Below are positions 51,801-62,262 of a stretch of 64,000 bases of DNA, piece after piece. The DNA lies in the IMG/VR virus record IMGVR_UViG_3300031555_005217, positions 7,047 to 71,046 of that record; one strand, 5' to 3'. This DNA comes from a virus (taxonomy: Duplodnaviria; Heunggongvirae; Uroviricota; Caudoviricetes). Each line of letters opens with the position of its first letter. The stretch's first letter is position 1. Position numbers and translations under genes: made by a program. The notes under the pieces were generated by a model, which was not told where the DNA came from, did no database searches, and saw nothing but the letters and a program-made list of their open reading frames with translations.

Positions 51801-53108
51801 TTAATCTATTAATTCAAATTCTTCAGCTATTTGTATTCTTTTATTATTTTGAGTTATGTAATTAGATGATTTACTTATATTTCCGGCAGTTATTGAAAAT
51901 CTATCAGGTGTTAAGAATGATCTACATCCCATACATGGATAACAATCATCACTTCCAATGGAACTATGTTTTAACTGTTTCATTACCTTTTCTGATATAT
52001 AATCAGGAACCATTCTCTTAGCAGTACATTTAGCTGCTAATTCAGTTAAATAATAAAATTGTGAATCTTTATGAATGTTATCTTCTTCTAATACATATAA
52101 TAACTTAGGGAATGCCGGAGTTATATATACACCTTTTTCATTTTTCATTCCTAAAATTCTTTGTTTTAAAAATTCCTCAATTAACATAGCTAATTCATTC
52201 TTATATAAATCTGTTTCCCCTAAATACATATTCACACTTAAGAATGGGGCTTGGCCATTAGTGGTAGACATTGAATTTATCTGATAATTAAATGTTTGTA
52301 CTGATGCCTCAATTTCAGATTTTAAATCTTCATTTGCATGTTTAATAACATCATCAATGTTTTCACCACGTGATTTATATCTATCTACATAATAATTGTA
52401 ACTATCTCTAACAAAAGGAGCTAAATGAGTTAATGATACTGTACATCCACCATATTGAGAACTTGCTACAGCAGTTATAATTTGTGTAGCAATTGTTGTA
52501 GCTGTTAATAATTTATGTGGTTTTTCAATCATTACTCCATTTATCATTGTTCCATTTTGTAACATATCTTCTAAGTTAATTAAGTCACAATTATGTAAAG
52601 CATTTTGTGCAAAATAATCAGCATCATGAAAATGAATAATACCATCATTATGCGCCTTAACTACTTCTTTTGGCAATAATACTCTGCTAGTATAATCTGT
52701 GGAAGTAATACCTGCAAAATAATCTCTTTGAACAGTAACTGTTTTAGCATTCTTATTAGAATTTTCAGTATTCCAATATTCACTTGTTCCTTCCATTAAT
52801 TCTTTTAAAGCACTATCAGTAGTATTATCTTTTCTTAACAAATCTTTCTTGTATCGATAATGATAATATTCCTTAGCTAAATTACCTTTACCTAGAACAA
52901 TTAGTTGATCTTCAATTATATCTTGAATATCATCTACTTTCATTCTTTGACGATTTAATCCATTTATATAATTTAATATAAATTGAATATCATCTTCACT
53001 AGCTCTATCTTTTCTAGCTACTTCTCTATTAGCTTTAAAGATCGCCATTTTAATTTTATCTTCATTGTACTCTTCTAAACTAGAGTTTCTTTTTACAACT
53101 TTATCCAT
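51801..53108 (-). CDS. nrdD: Class III RNR, N-terminal fragment (NrdD-a) with ATP cone
   Basis: VVKRN ATP cone, HFHDADY, SSQYGG, NGQAPF, PAFPKL, RMVPDY, MGCRSFL thiyl-Cys motif. Confidence 0.92.
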   Translation of the reverse strand: MDKVVKRNSSLEEYNEDKIKMAIFKANREVARKDRASEDDIQFILNYINGLNRQRMKVDDIQDIIEDQLIVLGKGNLAKEYYHYRYKKDLLRKDNTTDSALKELMEGTSEYWNTENSNKNAKTVTVQRDYFAGITSTDYTSRVLLPKEVVKAHNDGIIHFHDADYFAQNALHNCDLINLEDMLQNGTMINGVMIEKPHKLLTATTIATQIITAVASSQYGGCTVSLTHLAPFVRDSYNYYVDRYKSRGENIDDVIKHANEDLKSEIEASVQTFNYQINSMSTTNGQAPFLSVNMYLGETDLYKNELAMLIEEFLKQRILGMKNEKGVYITPAFPKLLYVLEEDNIHKDSQFYYLTELAAKCTAKRMVPDYISEKVMKQLKHSSIGSDDCYPCMGCRSFLTPDRFSITAGNISKSSNYITQNNKRIQIAEEFELID

Positions 53109-53175
53109 ATAAAAATCCTTTCTGCTGAATCGCTTTTGTAATTATTTTAGCGTTCAATAACGAGATAATTTTAAA

Positions 53176-54855
53176 TTATAGATCTTGAATAAATTCTCTT
53201 AATAATTTAATAGAATTATCATCCATCTTATCATCAACTATAAAGTCACTTATAGCTTGTTTAGTAGCTATAATATTTTCTACAACTTCATCAACAGTAT
53301 CTTCACAAATTAGTTTATATATAAAAACTGGTTTTTTATTATCAACTCTATGAATTCTATCTTCAGCCTGTTTTTGGACAGCAGATGTTCAAGGAGTATT
53401 TATACATATCATATAACTAGCTGCATTTAAAGTTATTCCTGTTCCTGATTTACTTACAGTTGCTAAAAATACTTTATATTTATCATTTGTTTGAAATAAA
53501 TCAACATTTTTAGAGAATTCATCATCTGAAATATCTCCAGTTCCAAGTAAAGGATTATATTCTTTTAATTCTGAATATAATTCATTTAAAGGATCTTTAA
53601 ATGTTGACATTATAACAACTTTTTCATTATTCCCTACAATCTCTTCAACTAATTCTTTAACTCTTTCTAGTTTTGATGATTTTATATTTTGAGTAGTTAG
53701 TTGTGATGGACAAGATGTTGCCTGCATTAATCTTACAGTTAATCCTAATACATTATTTGAATTTAATTCTATTTTATCACATTCTTCTTTAATTCCAGCT
53801 TTTACACTATCATAAAATTTTTTATGTGTTTCATTCATTTCAAGTATTTCATTTATTACTGTTTTTGAAGGAAAATCAGGTAACATATCTTTAGTTCTTC
53901 TTAAAGAACAACTCTCTATTTCATCTTTTAAGATATCTAAGTTTTTATATCCTACTATTTGATGTCCTCCAAATCCTCCAAATTCGCAATATTGAGACTT
54001 GAAATTTGTTAAATTAGATTTTTCTACATCAATTCATTTTAAAATTGTATAAGCATCTAAAGGTTTATTCATAATTAAAGTTCCTGTTAAACCTAATTTA
54101 TGTTTATAATTTTTTAGTTTTAATAGGTTATTTCCTTGAGTTGAAGAACTATTTTTACATTTATGTGCTTCATCTACAACAACCATTCCAATATTATTTT
54201 TAGTTGTTTTTAAAGCAGTTATAACATCATCACTTCTTAAAGTTTCAATATTAGTTATTAGAAAGAATTCATTTAAAGGTTCCATAATTTCTTTTGCTCT
54301 ATCTTTTATAGGAGCATAACTAATTTTACCTTTTTTACTTATCTTTTTTCCAATTACTCTAACTGATTCATTAGAATGTTTTTTTATTTCCTTTTCCCAA
54401 TTAGTTTTTAAAGAATTAATTCCACAAATAATTAGACAATGTTCTAATCCTTTTTGTGCTTTTAACTCTTCAGCTAAATAAATTACCTGTAAAGTTTTAC
54501 CTAATCCTGGATCATCTAAAAGTAATCATGAATTTTTATTTAATCCAAATTCAATTCCTTCTAATTGATGTTCAAAAGGTTTTGTTTTATACTGATAAAT
54601 TAATTTAGGATAAAAATATTCTTTATTTTCTTCTTTAGGTAATATTTCTAAATTTATATCATCAATGTAAGTTAAATTATCTAATAAATAACTTAAAGAA
54701 GTTATAGGTAATTCTCAGCATAATAATTTTTTATGAAAAATATATTTATCACAACTTTTTAAAATATCTATTATTTCTTGATTAAAATCAAATTTTATAA
54801 ATAAAGATGTTACTCCTGAAATTTTTTGAGGTATATCTTCTTTTATATAAATCAT
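53176..54855 (-). CDS. SNF2-family helicase (559 aa, 4 TGA)
   Basis: LDDPGLGKT, VVDEAHK, LTGTLIMN, GTGITLNAA, NTP-W (TGA 53389), QAEDRIHR. Confidence 0.9.
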
Positions 54856-54856
54856 A

Positions 54857-55135
54857 TTATTTTAAATTAGTTGTAAATAACTCTTCAAAAATATCTTTAA
54901 CTTCAGAAGTTTTAAATGTTAGTGTTGCTTCAATTGAAAAATCCTTTTTACAATTATCACAATTATATTTTTCTTTTAAATCAGGTGAAGTTCCTTCATA
55001 ACTAATTATCATTCCATTTGAATCTTTTACTACATTTTTTGGTTGTCCTACTAAAGCTTTTGGTAAATAAATTTCACCTGGAAAGTATTCATGACCACAA
55101 TGAGGACATTTTATAATATCATTAGTTTTTACCAT
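54857..55135 (-). CDS. Small Zn-ribbon protein
   Basis: CPHCG...CDNC. Confidence 0.65.
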   Translation of the reverse strand: MVKTNDIIKCPHCGHEYFPGEIYLPKALVGQPKNVVKDSNGMIISYEGTSPDLKEKYNCDNCKKDFSIEATLTFKTSEVKDIFEELFTTNLK

Positions 55136-55147
55136 AATATTCTCTCC

Positions 55148-55744
55148 TTATCATAATTCTACAAAATCATAAGATGAATTATTTCTTTCTTCTTTTCTTA
55201 ATAATTTATCTTTAAATTTATTATTAGATTTATTTTTAAAATTACCTAAAATTATTTCATAAGCGTCATTAAATAAATAATCTTCTAATGAGATTTTAAA
55301 AGTATCTAGAAATGTTTGTAAAGTTCCTGCAGTTTCTATATCAGAGTTCTCTTTATTTAAAGGAAAGTAATTTAAATTTAAATTTCCAAAATACTTACAA
55401 GCTCTTTTACGATAGTTTTTAGCTAGTTTAAGGCCTCTGAAAGGTTTTCCATGACTAAATACTTTAATTGTGTTTATAACAGTATTTATATCGCTTGTTT
55501 TTAAAAAATCTTTTATTAAATCTTCTTCTTTATAATTTTTTATAACTTTAGGTAAATAACAAAAATTCATTAAATAACTTATTAAATAAGTTAATTTTTT
55601 CTCAAATCCTGATATTATTTGTTCAGTATTAAAATCTCTAAATCTAATATGAACTTTATTGTCTGAACATATATAAATACTTGAATCAATATTTATATAT
55701 TCTTTTACAGGAGTATATTGAAGTTTATATGTTAATGTTACCAT
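55148..55744 (-). CDS. Hypothetical protein ending TGA-TAA
   Basis: Track ORF 55151..55744; TAA follows immediately. Confidence 0.6.
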
Positions 55745-56490
55745 TAAAATACCTCACTTCCTACGTTCTTAGTTTGTCTTTGTGAATTTACTGAACTAAA
55801 TGCAGTTACTCTTGTATTATTTGAATTTATATTTGAAACAGGTTTAGTTAAAGAATCTTCATAAACTTTTATAGCCCAAGAACAATCTATATACTGTCTT
55901 ATACTAGCTATATTAATAATTTCAATAGTTTTTTGCTTATCGCCTTTACAGTAATCATTTAAAGTCTTTTGAAATAAAGCTAATTGAGTACGATTTACAG
56001 GACGTTTTGTATACATTGAATCTATCCAATCTCTTAAAGCCATCATAATGTCATAATCAGGAGTTATAATAGCTTCTTTTACTTTTTGAAGCATTGATTC
56101 TTCCTTATCTTTTTTTGAAACTTTAACTTTTGCTGTATTTTTAATAGTATTTAATATCTTTATATCTTCACAAGCTAATAAAGAACTAAAAGCTTCAACA
56201 TCAAAATATATGATATTAACATTATCTGTATCTCTTTTAATTATACCTACTTTTTCAAGAATTAAGTCACATTTAAGTTGATCTTCCTCATTTAAAGTAG
56301 TTTGTGTTTTTATGTAAATTCTATCAATTTGAAAATAATTATCTTCATTTACAAATTTTTTCTTTGTTACAACTTTTTTATATATGGTTAATAATTCTGA
56401 ACAATAAACTGCAGTATTTAATCCTAAAGTATTAATTGCATTACGATTAATCATTATATAATTTGCGGGACTTAGTAAATCTATTAACAC
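55744..56490 (-). CDS. Putative replication initiator / DnaD-like protein
   Basis: N-terminal winged-helix-like segment (NTAVYCSELL...LEKVGII) and C-terminal ALRDWID...Y.DCSWAI; GTG start; position next to the clamp. Confidence 0.4.
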   Translation of the reverse strand: MLIDLLSPANYIMINRNAINTLGLNTAVYCSELLTIYKKVVTKKKFVNEDNYFQIDRIYIKTQTTLNEEDQLKCDLILEKVGIIKRDTDNVNIIYFDVEAFSSLLACEDIKILNTIKNTAKVKVSKKDKEESMLQKVKEAIITPDYDIMMALRDWIDSMYTKRPVNRTQLALFQKTLNDYCKGDKQKTIEIINIASIRQYIDCSWAIKVYEDSLTKPVSNINSNNTRVTAFSSVNSQRQTKNVGSEVF

Positions 56491-56515
56491 GTTTAATACC
56501 TCTTTCTAATTAAAA

Positions 56516-57640
56516 TTAGGCTCTAATCTCAGGAATTACATTTTTAATATTATTTCTAACAATAACACAAGCTTGACTATTACCAAAATTTAATTGAATA
56601 TTTGTATCAGAACAACTATCTAAAATTCTCTTAAAATCAACTAAATCTAAAGTCATAAAATATTCTGAATCTAAAACTGAACCTGATTGATATTTTAAAA
56701 CTTCTACATTCTCCTTAGCTGAATCATAAATTGTTAAATTTCCTTCAATATCAAACTCAAATTTACTATAAGGTTTACTATTTTGCTTACTTCCATATCC
56801 AGCACTAAATAATAATAATCTATTAATAGCTTCAGATAATTCATTAGTATTTAAAATAATTGAATTTGGATATTGAGTATTAGCTCTTCCTCTAATAGCT
56901 CTTACTGGAACTTGATTTAATAATTCATCATTACATCCTGTAATAGCAGTTAATCTGATTCTATCATTATTAAAACATACTTTTGTTTGTGTTATAGTTT
57001 CACTTACTTGATCATAACCTAGAGTAAAATGAACAGCATTGCCTTTAAATAACTTAAATAATTTAACTAATCTAGTATTTAATAAAACTCGAATAGGTTT
57101 TTCTAAATTAAATTCATTAATACAAGCACCTGTTTGGAAAGTAATACAACCTTCTTGATCAATATAAAATAATCTTTGAACAGGTTTAGCTAAAGCTCCA
57201 CTAGCTAATTCTTTTGAATTGTACTTTTCAATACTTTCTAATATATCATATGATATTGTCATATCAGTATGTGGATTATCAATTCCAATAAAAGGTAATT
57301 CCATTAATTGATCATTTTCGAAAATTAAAGGAATTTTATAATTTCCATTTGCCTTAACTAAAACATATCTATCATTAATTACTAGTTCAATAGTTTCAGT
57401 TGTTACAGCTGCAATTAACTTTAAGAACAAATTAGCATTAACTGTTGCATGAAAATTTTCTTCCTTATCTAAATCAAATTTAACTGTAGCAAAATACTCT
57501 TTATTCGTAACATTTAAATATAATGTAGATCCTTCTGTAACTAATTCTAATGTCTCTGTTAATGTAGAAATTTCATTAGAATCTGTAGCTGATAAAATTA
57601 AAGAACAAACTTCTTTAAATTGTTTTGTTGATAAAATCAT
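56516..57640 (-). CDS. dnaN: DNA sliding clamp (beta/DnaN-like)
   Basis: 374 aa, three-domain spacing, ELSEAINRLLL, C-terminal IKNVIPEIR; clamp loader genes present elsewhere in the window. Confidence 0.7.
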   Translation of the reverse strand: MILSTKQFKEVCSLILSATDSNEISTLTETLELVTEGSTLYLNVTNKEYFATVKFDLDKEENFHATVNANLFLKLIAAVTTETIELVINDRYVLVKANGNYKIPLIFENDQLMELPFIGIDNPHTDMTISYDILESIEKYNSKELASGALAKPVQRLFYIDQEGCITFQTGACINEFNLEKPIRVLLNTRLVKLFKLFKGNAVHFTLGYDQVSETITQTKVCFNNDRIRLTAITGCNDELLNQVPVRAIRGRANTQYPNSIILNTNELSEAINRLLLFSAGYGSKQNSKPYSKFEFDIEGNLTIYDSAKENVEVLKYQSGSVLDSEYFMTLDLVDFKRILDSCSDTNIQLNFGNSQACVIVRNNIKNVIPEIRA

Positions 57641-57660
57641 AATTTTCTATATTCTCCTTC

Positions 57661-58857
57661 TTACCATAATGTTTCTTTGAACTCGTTAGTTCCACGATAA
57701 TTATAATTTAATGCCCATTCATTTAAAGATGCTATATTGAATAAACATCTAATTTCTCCTGAACCTTTAACTAAATCTAATTTTTCATTTAATTCAACTA
57801 TTGCTGATTTTATAATATCTATGTTACTACTATTTAAATCTAAACTAGATAAATTCTTATAAACGTCTTGTAAATAAGCTTTTATTTCATCTTTTATATC
57901 TAATAGATATTTATTATTATAATTTATTTCTGGTACTTCCATATAAGGAGATACCTTATTTATATAATTATTATAGTCTTCAGTTAATTGATTTAAAACT
58001 TTAATTCTCTCTTCAGTAGTTGCTTCATCAATTACTTCAAACAAACTATAACCATATTTTTTAGCTATAGAATCAATTGAATCCTTTAAAGCTAAAGATA
58101 AGTTACCTACATAACCTGAATCATTTGGATTTCTACTACTAACATATACTGAACTACCACCAATTAAGATATTTCCAAATCCTGCAGATCTAACCCAAGA
58201 AGTTGAGTCAGCACTTGTAAATGGAAATTGTTCTAAAACCTTTAATGAAGTCATTCCAAAAGCATGTGTTTTAACATTCGGATTTTTACTATCTCTAATA
58301 ATTTTAAATACTTCATTAAACCATTGAATCCAATCATTTGTAGTTAATTCTTTGTTACAAGAAATTCCAATATAATCAATATATTCTCCATTAGGATATT
58401 GATATTCTAACATTCTCCATAAATGTTTAAAATCTTCTCCTTGGTGGAAAATAGGTAATAATTTTTTAGGTGATTTTACCTTATCAACCATATATAAATA
58501 ATTTTCCCAACTTAATTCAGGTGCTTCAGCTAATTCTTCAGGTGTTTTAGGTTGTCCCCAACGACCTGGAATTTTATCTACTTGTGCAAATACAAATACT
58601 TTATCATCAATTGAATTGATAAAATTAATATAATCATCTACATCAACTTCAATTCCTTTTGTATGTGCTGTATATGCTCCTGAATCAATAAATAATTTAC
58701 AAGTACATTCAGGATGTGATCTAAGATATTCAACCCATTCCACACATGCTTTTCTTTCAGTATATTGTGAAAGTAATTGGTCATAACCTAATTCACGTTT
58801 TAAATTTAAAATGTTTTTACTGCCTGCCCCTGCAGCATATAATGCAAATCTTGGCAT
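57661..58857 (-). CDS. dpdA: tRNA-guanine transglycosylase-fold DNA 7-deazaguanine transglycosylase (DpdA-like)
   Basis: LFIDSGAYT, PIFHQGE, THAFGMT, SADSTSW; lies in the que cluster. Confidence 0.75.
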   Translation of the reverse strand: MPRFALYAAGAGSKNILNLKRELGYDQLLSQYTERKACVEWVEYLRSHPECTCKLFIDSGAYTAHTKGIEVDVDDYINFINSIDDKVFVFAQVDKIPGRWGQPKTPEELAEAPELSWENYLYMVDKVKSPKKLLPIFHQGEDFKHLWRMLEYQYPNGEYIDYIGISCNKELTTNDWIQWFNEVFKIIRDSKNPNVKTHAFGMTSLKVLEQFPFTSADSTSWVRSAGFGNILIGGSSVYVSSRNPNDSGYVGNLSLALKDSIDSIAKKYGYSLFEVIDEATTEERIKVLNQLTEDYNNYINKVSPYMEVPEINYNNKYLLDIKDEIKAYLQDVYKNLSSLDLNSSNIDIIKSAIVELNEKLDLVKGSGEIRCLFNIASLNEWALNYNYRGTNEFKETLW

Positions 58858-58900
58858 GTTAATCTCCTTTCATTTATCAGTTTAATATAAATACAGTTAA

Positions 58901-59275
58901 TTATATATTATTTATAATATATGTATAAATTTTTTTCCAATTAACCTTTCTATTTATGTAACTCTTATCATCAATATAAAATGATGCAACTAATTTACCA
59001 CTTTCTCCATGAATTAATTTTTCATTATCCTTTATTAAAGGTAATTCAAATTCATTTATACATCTATCCCAAGCTTCTTCATAAGCATCTCCACATCTAG
59101 CAGTTCATAACACTAATTTATAACCTGCTTCATGTAATAAAGTTAGATATTTTTTAGCATCTGGATTTAAAGGTGCCTTTTCTGGATAAGGTCGATGTAA
59201 TGTAATTGTGTCATCATAATCTACTGCAATATATTTTCCATTATTTTGACTTAGATAATCTGCTTCTTTAATCAT
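58901..59275 (-). CDS. HAD-superfamily hydrolase, 1 TGA
   Basis: IAVDYDDT, LVL-W-TAR (TGA 59105), FYIDDK. Confidence 0.8.
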
Positions 59276-59325
59276 TAAAATATACTCCTCATTACATATA
59301 TAAATAATACAATAAATATACAAAA

Positions 59326-59351
59326 AAGAAGTTATTTTTTAATAACTTCTT
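59326..59351 (-). terminator. Terminator after queC
   Basis: AAGAAGTTAT/ATAACTTCTT stem. Confidence 0.6.
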
Positions 59352-59368
59352 TAAATATTTTTCCTATT

Positions 59369-60184
59369 TTATTGATGTCTATTAGTGGTATTTTTATATA
59401 ACATCTTTCCTATATTTTCAGGATGTTCTTTTTTATATAATTCTAATACTTGTAATATTTCCTTTTCTTCTTCAGCTCTTCCATAAGTTCCAGCTTCTAT
59501 TTGAGGCAAAATTTCAGCTTTAATAGCTTCACACACTGAAACATCTATTTCAGGTTTAAAGTAAGCTCCATTTAATTTATAAGCAATATATTTTCTGAAA
59601 CAAGGTTTACAAATTCCATTTATACACCAACATTCTTCATTTTCAATTGGATCATAACAGCTAAATGATTGATTCATTAAATCATTGATATCTCCACCTT
59701 TATCAACATAAAGTTTTAACATATCTGTTTTAGTATATTTCTTATAATCAATATTAATTCTTACTTTTCTACCTTGAGGAATCCAATGTTGAGGTGAATA
59801 TAAATAAGTTAATAATTTAGAAGTATCTTCTGCAAATTTTGGAGACTTATCTAATACTCTATCTCCAGCTGTTGCTCCTAAACAAATATCTAAATCTCCA
59901 TAAGTTTCAACATCAAAATAGTTACAAATAACCATAGGAAGATATAAATTTCTTAATGGAATTATAGCATCTTCTCTCTCAAATTGTCCTAAAAAAGGAA
60001 AATCGATTATTCTTAATCTAGGATCATTTCCAAATTTAGAATTTTTAATTTTATTTATTTCTTCAATAGAATATCTAGTGTGCATATTCACATAAACTAA
60101 ATAATGAGGTTCATATAAATAATTAATTAAAACACTATCTGATCCTCCACTAAATAATAATACTTTTGTCACTTTCTTATTCAT
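59369..60184 (-). CDS. queC: 7-cyano-7-deazaguanine synthase
   Basis: LLFSGGSDS, IIPLRNL, SFSCY, C..CKPCFRK. Confidence 0.85.
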   Translation of the reverse strand: MNKKVTKVLLFSGGSDSVLINYLYEPHYLVYVNMHTRYSIEEINKIKNSKFGNDPRLRIIDFPFLGQFEREDAIIPLRNLYLPMVICNYFDVETYGDLDICLGATAGDRVLDKSPKFAEDTSKLLTYLYSPQHWIPQGRKVRINIDYKKYTKTDMLKLYVDKGGDINDLMNQSFSCYDPIENEECWCINGICKPCFRKYIAYKLNGAYFKPEIDVSVCEAIKAEILPQIEAGTYGRAEEEKEILQVLELYKKEHPENIGKMLYKNTTNRHQ

Positions 60185-61043
60185 TAATAATTACCTTTTC
60201 TTTCTTTTTATTTTTGAATATTCCAGATTTATATACAGTTGTTAAATTACCATTTTTAGTATTTGCGCCTCTGAACTTCTCACAACCATGAACTAAACCA
60301 ACCATCTCAACCATAACATCTTCAGATCCAGAAATTCTTTTAATAGTTGTTCCAATATATGAACATAAATCTTCTTGTAACCAACCTCTACTAGAACACC
60401 AATCTGCAAATCTTTGTAATTTGCTAATTCCAATTAAGTTATTTTTTGGAATATAACTAATAGTTACTCTAGCATTTGGTTCCAAGGAACTAAAAGGTAA
60501 GAAGTGATGTGAACATACAGCAACTACATCCACTTGCTTTGTTATCACATCTTCTACAATCTCACCACCTGTAGTTGATCCATCATTTGGAAATACGGAT
60601 AATGCAGGCTCTTTATTCCATCTACCTGATAATAATTCTGTTGTATCTTCAGGATCGTTTCCGCACCACATCTTTGCAATACGTCCAGGAGTTCCTTTAC
60701 CTAACGCATTTATTGCAATATTTGGATCATCTTGATCTACCTTCATAGCATCAAAAGCCTTCATTAGATAGTAATGTGTTAACTCTCTCATAATCCAGTG
60801 AATTTGAGGTTTAATTGATTGACCCTTAACAAACTCTTGTTCTTGATCTAATAGTTCCTCTTTTACAACTTTATAATCAGTTAATTTTTCATGAATATTC
60901 TCACTTGCTTTAAAAACTGGTAAGTTTAAATATAATTTAAAATTTTCTTGAAAATCATCTAAAGTTCCAAATTTAGCTTTATATGATTCCATTAAAAAAT
61001 CCATTGCTTCTTCGGTATAAGTGGTATATTCTACTTTATTCAT
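60177..61043 (-). CDS. folE: GTP cyclohydrolase I
   Basis: TPGRIAKMW, CSHHFLPF, IGISKL, LQE, HGCEKFRG. Confidence 0.92.
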   Translation of the reverse strand: MNKVEYTTYTEEAMDFLMESYKAKFGTLDDFQENFKLYLNLPVFKASENIHEKLTDYKVVKEELLDQEQEFVKGQSIKPQIHWIMRELTHYYLMKAFDAMKVDQDDPNIAINALGKGTPGRIAKMWCGNDPEDTTELLSGRWNKEPALSVFPNDGSTTGGEIVEDVITKQVDVVAVCSHHFLPFSSLEPNARVTISYIPKNNLIGISKLQRFADWCSSRGWLQEDLCSYIGTTIKRISGSEDVMVEMVGLVHGCEKFRGANTKNGNLTTVYKSGIFKNKKKEKVIINE

Positions 61044-61093
61044 TAATATACTTCTCCTTTCAATATAATAAATATATTAATATATACAATAAA

Positions 61094-61123
61094 ATAAGCA
61101 CTTTTAGAAATTAAAGTGCTTAT
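61094..61123 (-). terminator. Terminator after queE
   Basis: ATAAGCACTTT/AAAGTGCTTAT stem. Confidence 0.65.
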
Positions 61124-61136
61124 ATAAATCTAAATT

Positions 61137-61916
61137 TTAAACATCCTTTGTATTCATATCCCAAAATATTTTATGAACTTGAATTTGAGCTCTAATATGC
61201 TTATCTTTATGTTTTAATACATATGCTGGAATCTTAGACATAGTTACTTTTCCAAAACAAGGACTTAAATATATACTTGCTTTTGTATTTGAATTAAGTA
61301 CATTATCTAATTCTTTCCAATCTTCTTCATCATCAGAAATAACCATTTTAACTAAATCCCATTCAGAATATAAATTAAAATTAGATTGAATCATATTTTT
61401 TGTCATTCCAGATGAAGGTAATTTATAATCTGCAATAATAGTAATACCTTCTCTATCTCCGTGATTATTAATAACTTTTGAATCTCCAAACTTATTTTTA
61501 TAATCAGTATAATCTATAGCTCCATCAGTCTCAATTCCTACATCATATTTTGCATTAACAAATAAAGGAAGCAATTCATTTAACATAAATTCTTTATTAC
61601 ATAACATTAAAGGTTCTCCACCAGTTAAACAAATAGATTTATGAATATAATCTTTTTCAATTTCTTCAACTAAATTAAAAATTTCTTTAGCTGTTTTCCA
61701 TTGAAGTATGTCATCTAAATTTCTTTCAGGATATACTTTCTTCATGTTTTCTTCATTCCAACTTTCAAAAGTATCACACCATTTACATCTTAAGTTACAA
61801 CCAAAAGTTCTAATAAATACTACAGGTTTTCCTGATGCATATCCTTCACCATTTATAGATTCAAATATGTTTACTAGAGCAATTTCAGTTTCTCCGTTTT
61901 GATTTGTTCTAATCAT
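61137..61916 (-). CDS. queE: 7-carboxy-7-deazaguanine synthase (radical SAM)
   Basis: IFESINGEG, FIRTFGCNLRCKWCDT, LTGGEPL, IETDG, QIQVHKIFW. Confidence 0.92.
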   Translation of the reverse strand: MIRTNQNGETEIALVNIFESINGEGYASGKPVVFIRTFGCNLRCKWCDTFESWNEENMKKVYPERNLDDILQWKTAKEIFNLVEEIEKDYIHKSICLTGGEPLMLCNKEFMLNELLPLFVNAKYDVGIETDGAIDYTDYKNKFGDSKVINNHGDREGITIIADYKLPSSGMTKNMIQSNFNLYSEWDLVKMVISDDEEDWKELDNVLNSNTKASIYLSPCFGKVTMSKIPAYVLKHKDKHIRAQIQVHKIFWDMNTKDV

Positions 61917-61930
61917 ATTATCAACTCCAA

Positions 61931-62212
61931 TTAATTATTTGATCTTAATAATGCATCTAATTGTCGATTTTTACTACATTTAGTTGCACTTAAAAGATTG
62001 CTCATTGTTCTATTCCCTTTTAACATCAAACGTAATGTATTACCTGATAATGTTAAAGTTTGATTATTATTTTTAGTATTAACTAATATATAAGAATATG
62101 CGTTATGTGTTTTTTGTTTAGGATTATTATATACTTTATTATAAGCATTCTTTAAAAATTTTCCACAAACTTGCCAACCATCAAATATCATCCCAATATA
62201 CTTACTATTCAT
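61931..62212 (-). CDS. Hypothetical basic protein
   Basis: Track ORF between queD and queE with GAAAGG SD. Confidence 0.55.
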   Translation of the reverse strand: MNSKYIGMIFDGWQVCGKFLKNAYNKVYNNPKQKTHNAYSYILVNTKNNNQTLTLSGNTLRLMLKGNRTMSNLLSATKCSKNRQLDALLRSNN

Positions 62213-62262
62213 ATTATAATTCCTTTCAATTTATATATTTGTTCACATAATATAAAAGTCTC

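Noticed and set aside
49574-53108. Split intein in nrdD
   Set aside because: There is no Cys/Ser-initiated IntN after the extein and no His-Asn before SRFNQG.
60970-60977. GCTAAATT copy inside folE (and opposite-strand copies near 45478 and 52846)
   Set aside because: They lie within or at the end of coding sequence, or in the wrong context, and a few chance hits are expected in AT-rich DNA.
24936-61902. Short antisense ORFs 24936..25163, 29206..29583, 32534..32725, 39416..39697, 40002..40211, 52075..52284, 54807..55001 and 61708..61902
   Set aside because: Each overlaps a well-supported gene on the opposite strand and has the F/L/I/S-rich composition typical of antisense AT-rich DNA.
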